Below are positions 28,139-33,053 of a stretch of DNA of 33,053 bases, piece after piece. The stretch lies in the sequence record SRR31156797_3523. One strand, written 5' to 3'. Each line of letters starts with the position of its first letter. The stretch's first letter is position 1. Below the pieces are notes generated by a model. The model was given only the letters and a program-made list of their open reading frames with translations. It searched no databases and had not been told where the DNA came from. The position numbers were made by a program, and so were the translations under genes.

Positions 28139-28749
28139 ATGATTAGTAGAAATATTAAAGATTATATAGAGAAAAAAATAATACCTGAATATTACAATTT
28201 TGACGATGCTCATAATATAAGCCATGTGAATAAAGTAATTGAGAATTCATTGTCTATAGCTAAAAAAGTCAAAAATGTTAACCTAAATATGGTATATGTA
28301 ATAGCGGCATATCACGATTTAGGTCTTAGTACAGACAAAAAAACCATCACATTGAGTCGGTGAAAATATTCGATTCAGATAATTATATTAAAAGCTTTTT
28401 TAATCATAATGAAATTCGACTAATTAAAGAAGCTATATATGACCACAGAGCTAGCTCTAATATTGTTCGCAATATTTACTCTCAAATCATTTGCGATGCA
28501 GACAGAGACTATAATTTCGATAGGATAATACAGAGGTGCATTAAGTATCGCAGTGATTTGCAGGGAGATGCTCTTTACAAAGAGATATTAATTCATATTA
28601 AGGATAAGTACTCGGTTAGTGGTTATTTAGGCGAGTTTTACATTATTGAAAAGGACGAAAAAACACAGGCAAAGTTTCAAAGGTTTTGTACCGATGCTAA
28701 ATTCTCTAAAAAAGAATTTAAAAGAATTTATGATTCGCTAACTAACTAA
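28139..28749 (+). pseudogene. HD-domain phosphohydrolase split by a 1-nt frameshift in an A7 run (28337-28343)
   Basis: ORF1 has DDAHNISHV and AAYHDLG; ORF2 has AIYDHRAS and ICDAD. Adding one base restores DKKNHHIESVKIF. May be a sequencing error. Confidence 0.8.
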
Positions 28750-28916
28750 TTTGCATTGCCTTAGATATAGTACCAGAGATATCAATAGCCGTAAAAGAGG
28801 ATATAAAGGCTGAGAACATCATAAAGCATGCTAGAAAAATAGTGTTATTCAAATACTCCTAGATATGATTCTAGAAATGCTACTTAAGACTTGTGGAATT
28901 TATTATATTTCTTTGC

Positions 28917-28949
28917 AAATAAAAATGCCACACATAATGTGTGACATTT
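28917..28949 (-). terminator. Terminator-like hairpin (minus strand, possibly bidirectional)
   Basis: Minus strand AAATGTCACACA-tta-TGTGTGGCATTT-TTATTT. Confidence 0.65.
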
Positions 28950-29245
28950 AATGCTGGCTCCCCACTGTATGTCCCATCTACACTTTTTGTTTGATATTTA
29001 TATTGGGGATTCTGTACTAAGTGTTTTTGGTGATGTAAGTTCTGTAGTCAATTCCAACGGTTTATTACATTTGATTTTTCTCTTGTAAGAGTTCTTGGGA
29101 AGGTAGAAAAGTTAAACTGATTAGGTTTACAATTAAATTAGGTAGTTATGTCGCCCTTTTAGGACTAGTGATTATAGTGAGTATAAAACCAAAGATAGAT
29201 TGCTTTGAGAATAATCAATAACTAATGACTCAATTAACTATAATA

Positions 29246-30001
29246 CTATATTATTCCCAGCCATTGTTTCATCGTATTCAGCTTTTGCCTGCTTATGGGT
29301 ATGTTTATATCACAATAATCCAAAACAAGCTCCTTGTGTTTGCCTAAAACATGTATCATTTTGGATATATAATTAGCGTTAACAACAAAACTTCTATGGC
29401 ACCTAATAAAATCATCATCATAAAGCTTTTTCTCCCAAAACTGTAATCCTAGTCGTGATGTATAACTGCCGGATTTTGTAACTATATCTGTTTTTCCGCC
29501 TTCTGATTCGAAATAAAGAATATCTGCAACCTTTATTACAAAAACACTATCCCTATCTTTAACGCTTATTCTTTCAACTGCTCCGGATTTGCCTTTTACA
29601 AAAGAAGGTTCTTGTATGCTTCCGCTGTTGGTATTAATCTTTATCACCCTGTGTACTCTGTCAATGGCTTCTTGCAGTTTTTCACTAGTCAATGGCTTTA
29701 ACAGATAGTGGACTGCGCTTACCTCAAAGGCCTTCAGTGCATACTGCTCATATGCCGTAACAAATATAATTTGTATATCGGAATTGAATGCTGCTATTTT
29801 TTTAGATAACTCTATTCCGTTAAGTTCAGGCATTTCAATATCCAAAAATACAGCATCCGGTTTCATATTCTGTATTCCTTCCAAAGCCTCGTAGGGGTCT
29901 GTATATGCGCTTAATAGTTTTATTCCTTTTGACGCATTTAGCATTGCGCACAAATCGTCCAGTATTATTTTTTCATCATCTACCAGTATGCATTTTATCA
30001 T
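29246..30001 (-). CDS. LytTR family response regulator
   Basis: REC domain (LVDDE, FLDIEMP, FVTAY, YLLKP) plus LytTR domain (FIRCHRSFVVN, IPISR). Confidence 0.95.
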   Translation of the reverse strand: MIKCILVDDEKIILDDLCAMLNASKGIKLLSAYTDPYEALEGIQNMKPDAVFLDIEMPELNGIELSKKIAAFNSDIQIIFVTAYEQYALKAFEVSAVHYLLKPLTSEKLQEAIDRVHRVIKINTNSGSIQEPSFVKGKSGAVERISVKDRDSVFVIKVADILYFESEGGKTDIVTKSGSYTSRLGLQFWEKKLYDDDFIRCHRSFVVNANYISKMIHVLGKHKELVLDYCDINIPISRQKLNTMKQWLGII

Positions 30002-31239
30002 TTTTTCTTCCTCTTAAAAGGTATAGTCACAATAAACTCTGTACCTTCATCTATTTTACTATTTGCCTGTATCTGTGTGTTGTAGTGTCTCAAAAGTCTT
30101 TCATTAGTATTGCTTAATCCTATACCATTTTCTCTATTGTTTCTTTCAAGTATATCCGGCAGCCTTTTTATGTCCATTCCCATGCCGTTATCCTTAATTC
30201 GTGCAACCAAATTGTCTTTTTCCCGCTTGACAGAAATCCATAGTTTACCGCCCTTCTTTTTGGGTATTAGTCCATGGGCTACGGCATTTTCTACAATAGG
30301 CTGAAGGATTAGACACGGAATTAAAATATTACATTCTTCGTCAATATCATATTCAACCTGCAGCCTGCCCTCAAAGCGTACTTGCTCTATTGCAAGGTAT
30401 GATTTTATCAGGCTAATTTCATCCTTTAGCAATGTATACATTTCTTTCTGATTTTTGAACTTTCCTCTTAAATAAGTGCTCAATTCCACCAAAAGATGCC
30501 TTGCCTTGTCAGGGTCTATTTTGCTGCATGCTATTATTGTGTTTATAGTGTTGTACAAAAAATGGGGCTGTATCTGTGCGTGCAGAAAGTTAACCTGAGA
30601 CTCCACAGCCTTTTTATCTATCAAGAAAAACTTTTTAGCAATCACAACAGAGGATATATACAAGTACACAAAGTATGAATAGGGATGGATTTCACCAAAA
30701 GGCGAATTGATAATATTCAGTGCGTACATCACATCGTAGGCTATGCCTGCAACAAAAAATAGATTTGCAATAAAAAGCGGTATTGCAAAGTCCTTTTTGC
30801 TTATTAAGGCCGCTGTAAATATGTATGTGGCATAGAGCATAGCAGACACTATGAGAAAATCGTAAATATAATAGGATGAAAATACTTCAATCGGTGTAGC
30901 TATAACAAAAATGCTTAATAAAATATTTGCACCTATAATAATACGTGTTATTAGTTTGTGGCTGATTCTGGGGAATAGGCTATCTGCCAGAAATATATAA
31001 AATACTGGTCCCCACATAAAGGAAAAGTAGTCAAGCCTTTTTATTATAAAATAATACTGAGTTAGATTTTCAATGTCATAGGCATTGGCTGTCAATGTTC
31101 TTATTAGTGAAATTAGGCAGCCTGTAGCAAAATACAGATTATATTTTTCGCCCCTTCTCATAACGAAGTGGGTAAAAAAATACAGAAACAGTATTGTAAA
31201 CACTCCTATAAAAAACCAGTCGAAATTACCTAAATACAT
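29998..31239 (-). CDS. LytS/YehU-type sensor histidine kinase with multi-TM N-terminus
   Basis: H-box AQIQPHFLYNTINTI, IEQVRF, LQPIVENAVAHG, DNGMG, GIGLSN; SD AAGGA favours ATG 31239 (alternative 31254). Confidence 0.92.
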   Translation of the reverse strand: MYLGNFDWFFIGVFTILFLYFFTHFVMRRGEKYNLYFATGCLISLIRTLTANAYDIENLTQYYFIIKRLDYFSFMWGPVFYIFLADSLFPRISHKLITRIIIGANILLSIFVIATPIEVFSSYYIYDFLIVSAMLYATYIFTAALISKKDFAIPLFIANLFFVAGIAYDVMYALNIINSPFGEIHPYSYFVYLYISSVVIAKKFFLIDKKAVESQVNFLHAQIQPHFLYNTINTIIACSKIDPDKARHLLVELSTYLRGKFKNQKEMYTLLKDEISLIKSYLAIEQVRFEGRLQVEYDIDEECNILIPCLILQPIVENAVAHGLIPKKKGGKLWISVKREKDNLVARIKDNGMGMDIKRLPDILERNNRENGIGLSNTNERLLRHYNTQIQANSKIDEGTEFIVTIPFKRKKK

Positions 31240-31434
31240 AATATTCCTTTGCATATCATTTGTGAGTATATATTCTTATATAATAATATGTCATAAAAAT
31301 ATAGTCAATTAAGTTTCAACGAACTGCTAAATACAAGCACTAAAAAGCTGTTTTTTTTATGTGAATAGAATTTTGCTTAGTATATTTTATGCTGTATTTT
31401 TATATTTATCAATTTCATTTATGCTCTAATATCT

Positions 31435-31480
31435 GCTATTCATTGCATTTATTCAGCTATTCATTTAACTTTGGTTGACC
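31435..31480 (+). promoter_or_regulatory. Putative LytTR-binding direct repeat upstream of a -35 box
   Basis: GCTATTCATT at 31435-31444 and 31456-31465 (21-bp period), then TTGACC at 31475-31480. Confidence 0.6.
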
Positions 31481-31554
31481 GTATATATATATTTGTGCGA
31501 AGATAATTCAAATTGGTGTTTCATAAATAAATAGAGACATTTGGGAGAAAACAT

Positions 31555-33053
31555 ATGAAAAAATTCTTATTTACCTTTTTTCTTTTTGTAGTCATTATGG
31601 TCTGCATGCCTGTTGCTGCTCTGGCAGATGATGTAGGAAGTCTTAGCAGTCCGATTGACTTATCTACTATACCAGATTTTTTTGCTGTTGACAGCGGTGA
31701 TACAGCATATGTCACAACTCCTGCTGGAGTAACTGTAAAAAACAAAAGTATCCGTGTATATGAGGGAGCAACTTTAGTGCTTTGTGATGCTGACATTTCA
31801 TACATTGAAAAAGGTTGGCGTCAAGGTGCAGCAATTACTATGTATGATAATTCATCATTAAAATTAGTAGGGACAAATAATGTTACCGCATCCCAAGGCA
31901 CTTCAAGTTATACATATGCTATAGTTGCAGGAAGCTCTGTTACCATATCTGACTACGAGGCAGACAGTACAGTTGGCGAATTGGTAATAGATACTACTCC
32001 ATATGATAGTGTTTACGGAATATACATATATTTTGGTAGTCTTACTTTAGAAAGCGGTATTATTAATGTAAACAGCGGATATGGAGGGATAGCCGGGGCT
32101 AATTCTTCTACACTAACAGTAAATGGAGGTGTTATTACTGCAAATGGAGGAGTTGGTCCAATGGGGGGAAGCATTGGCATTCAAAGTGAAACGATTATAA
32201 TAAATGGAGGTATAGTGACCGGAAACGGCGGAGATTATCCAGGAGGGGGGGCGGTAACGGCATAGGCGGTAAATCAGTAACTATAAATGGAGGAAGTATA
32301 ATTGCAAATGGAGGGAATGGATATTACGGGTCATATGGAATATCTAGTCGGACTTTGGGTATTAACATTAGCGGTGGTGTAGTAGCTGCAAACGGATCCA
32401 AAGGAGGCATTTACGGAAAAGGTACAATCTCAGGTGGAGAAGTGACTGCTACAGGATTGAATGGTTTATATACAAGAGGTGATACTTTTAACATTACCGG
32501 AGGAGAAATTACCCTTATCGGCACTAATGGCGGTGTATACTCAGAGTATGATGGTGCTGCATTGAATATCAGTGATGGTGCTGTTGTATATATAGAAGGC
32601 GGTATAAGTGACTTCAGTTCAACGTATGATGACAGTTGCATTATAACAATCAGCGGTGAAGATACAATTGTACTTACAAAAGACAGTACAGGCGTTATAG
32701 ACTCTGAATTCCATATGACTTTAAACGATAGTATAGCGTTTACAAATGATACAACACAAATAAATAATACTCTCCTAAATACATTCGGTAATAGTTCACC
32801 GTATTCTAATGCGGGAGGGCTATATTATGCTGGCAATGTTGAATTTGTAACATATAATATAGGTGCTCACGGCAGCACAAACGATGTAACATACGAAAGC
32901 GTTGAAACCAATGGTTCACCAAATGCAGTACCTGATGTAATTGCAGACGATGGATACGTGTTGATAGGCTGGTATAAAGATAGCGATACAACTCTTATTA
33001 CAGATTTGTCAACTCAGATAATCACAGCTAATACCTTGTTTACAGCACAATAT
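31555..33053 (+). CDS. Large secreted/surface protein with Gly-rich beta-helix-like repeats and an InlB B-repeat (Flg_new)-like domain; frameshifted at G7 (32245-32251), 3'-truncated
   Basis: Signal peptide ending ...PVAALA; repeats (V/I)NGGx(I/V)xAxG. After the G-run the shifted frame (from 32250) stays open to the window end, continues the same repeats, and ends VTYNIGAHG...DDGYVLIGWY...TLFTAQY. Confidence 0.8.

Noticed and set aside
28088-28749. Two separate ORFs (91 aa and 129 aa), or a programmed -1 ribosomal frameshift
   Set aside because: They are halves of one HD protein; the zero-frame codons (GAC AAA AAA ACC) do not form a canonical X XXY YYZ slippery site
32411-32991. Minus-strand ORFs 32411-32641 and 32806-32991
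   Set aside because: Shadows of the plus-strand frameshifted continuation of the surface protein
1-33053. CRISPR arrays, transposases/integrases, prophage or anti-phage defence genes
   Set aside because: No regularly spaced repeats or matching protein motifs in any ORF

Overview
AT-rich bacterial chromosomal segment from a Firmicute. Gene content and order suggest Clostridia; the lineage is inferred, not searched. From left to right: (1) the end of the ribosomal alpha operon (5'-truncated rplQ), then ecfA1-ecfA2-ecfT-truA; (2) a convergent serpin-fold lipoprotein and rubrerythrin; (3) ylxM-ffh-rpsP-khpA-rimM-trmD; (4) a cell-envelope cluster of an M1 metallopeptidase, two tandem LysM-G5-M23 paralogs and a SpoIID/LytB lipoprotein; (5) an XpaC-like/TelA pair; (6) a minus-strand oppA...oppBCDF oligopeptide ABC system with a divergent DUF3899-like gene; (7) an accessory stretch with GNAT, MATE, AraC, a frameshifted HD hydrolase, a LytS/LytTR two-component system and a divergent, frameshifted, 3'-truncated beta-helix/B-repeat surface protein. 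The most striking observation is that OppA appears naturally circularly permuted: the canonical C-terminal half precedes the canonical N-terminal half. Also notable are a serpin with a non-inhibitory-looking hinge, a perfect TTGACA-containing palindrome over the ylxM promoter, LytTR-type direct repeats upstream of a poly-G-interrupted surface protein, and three apparently leaderless genes. No rRNA, complete tRNA, CRISPR array, integrase or transposase was seen.
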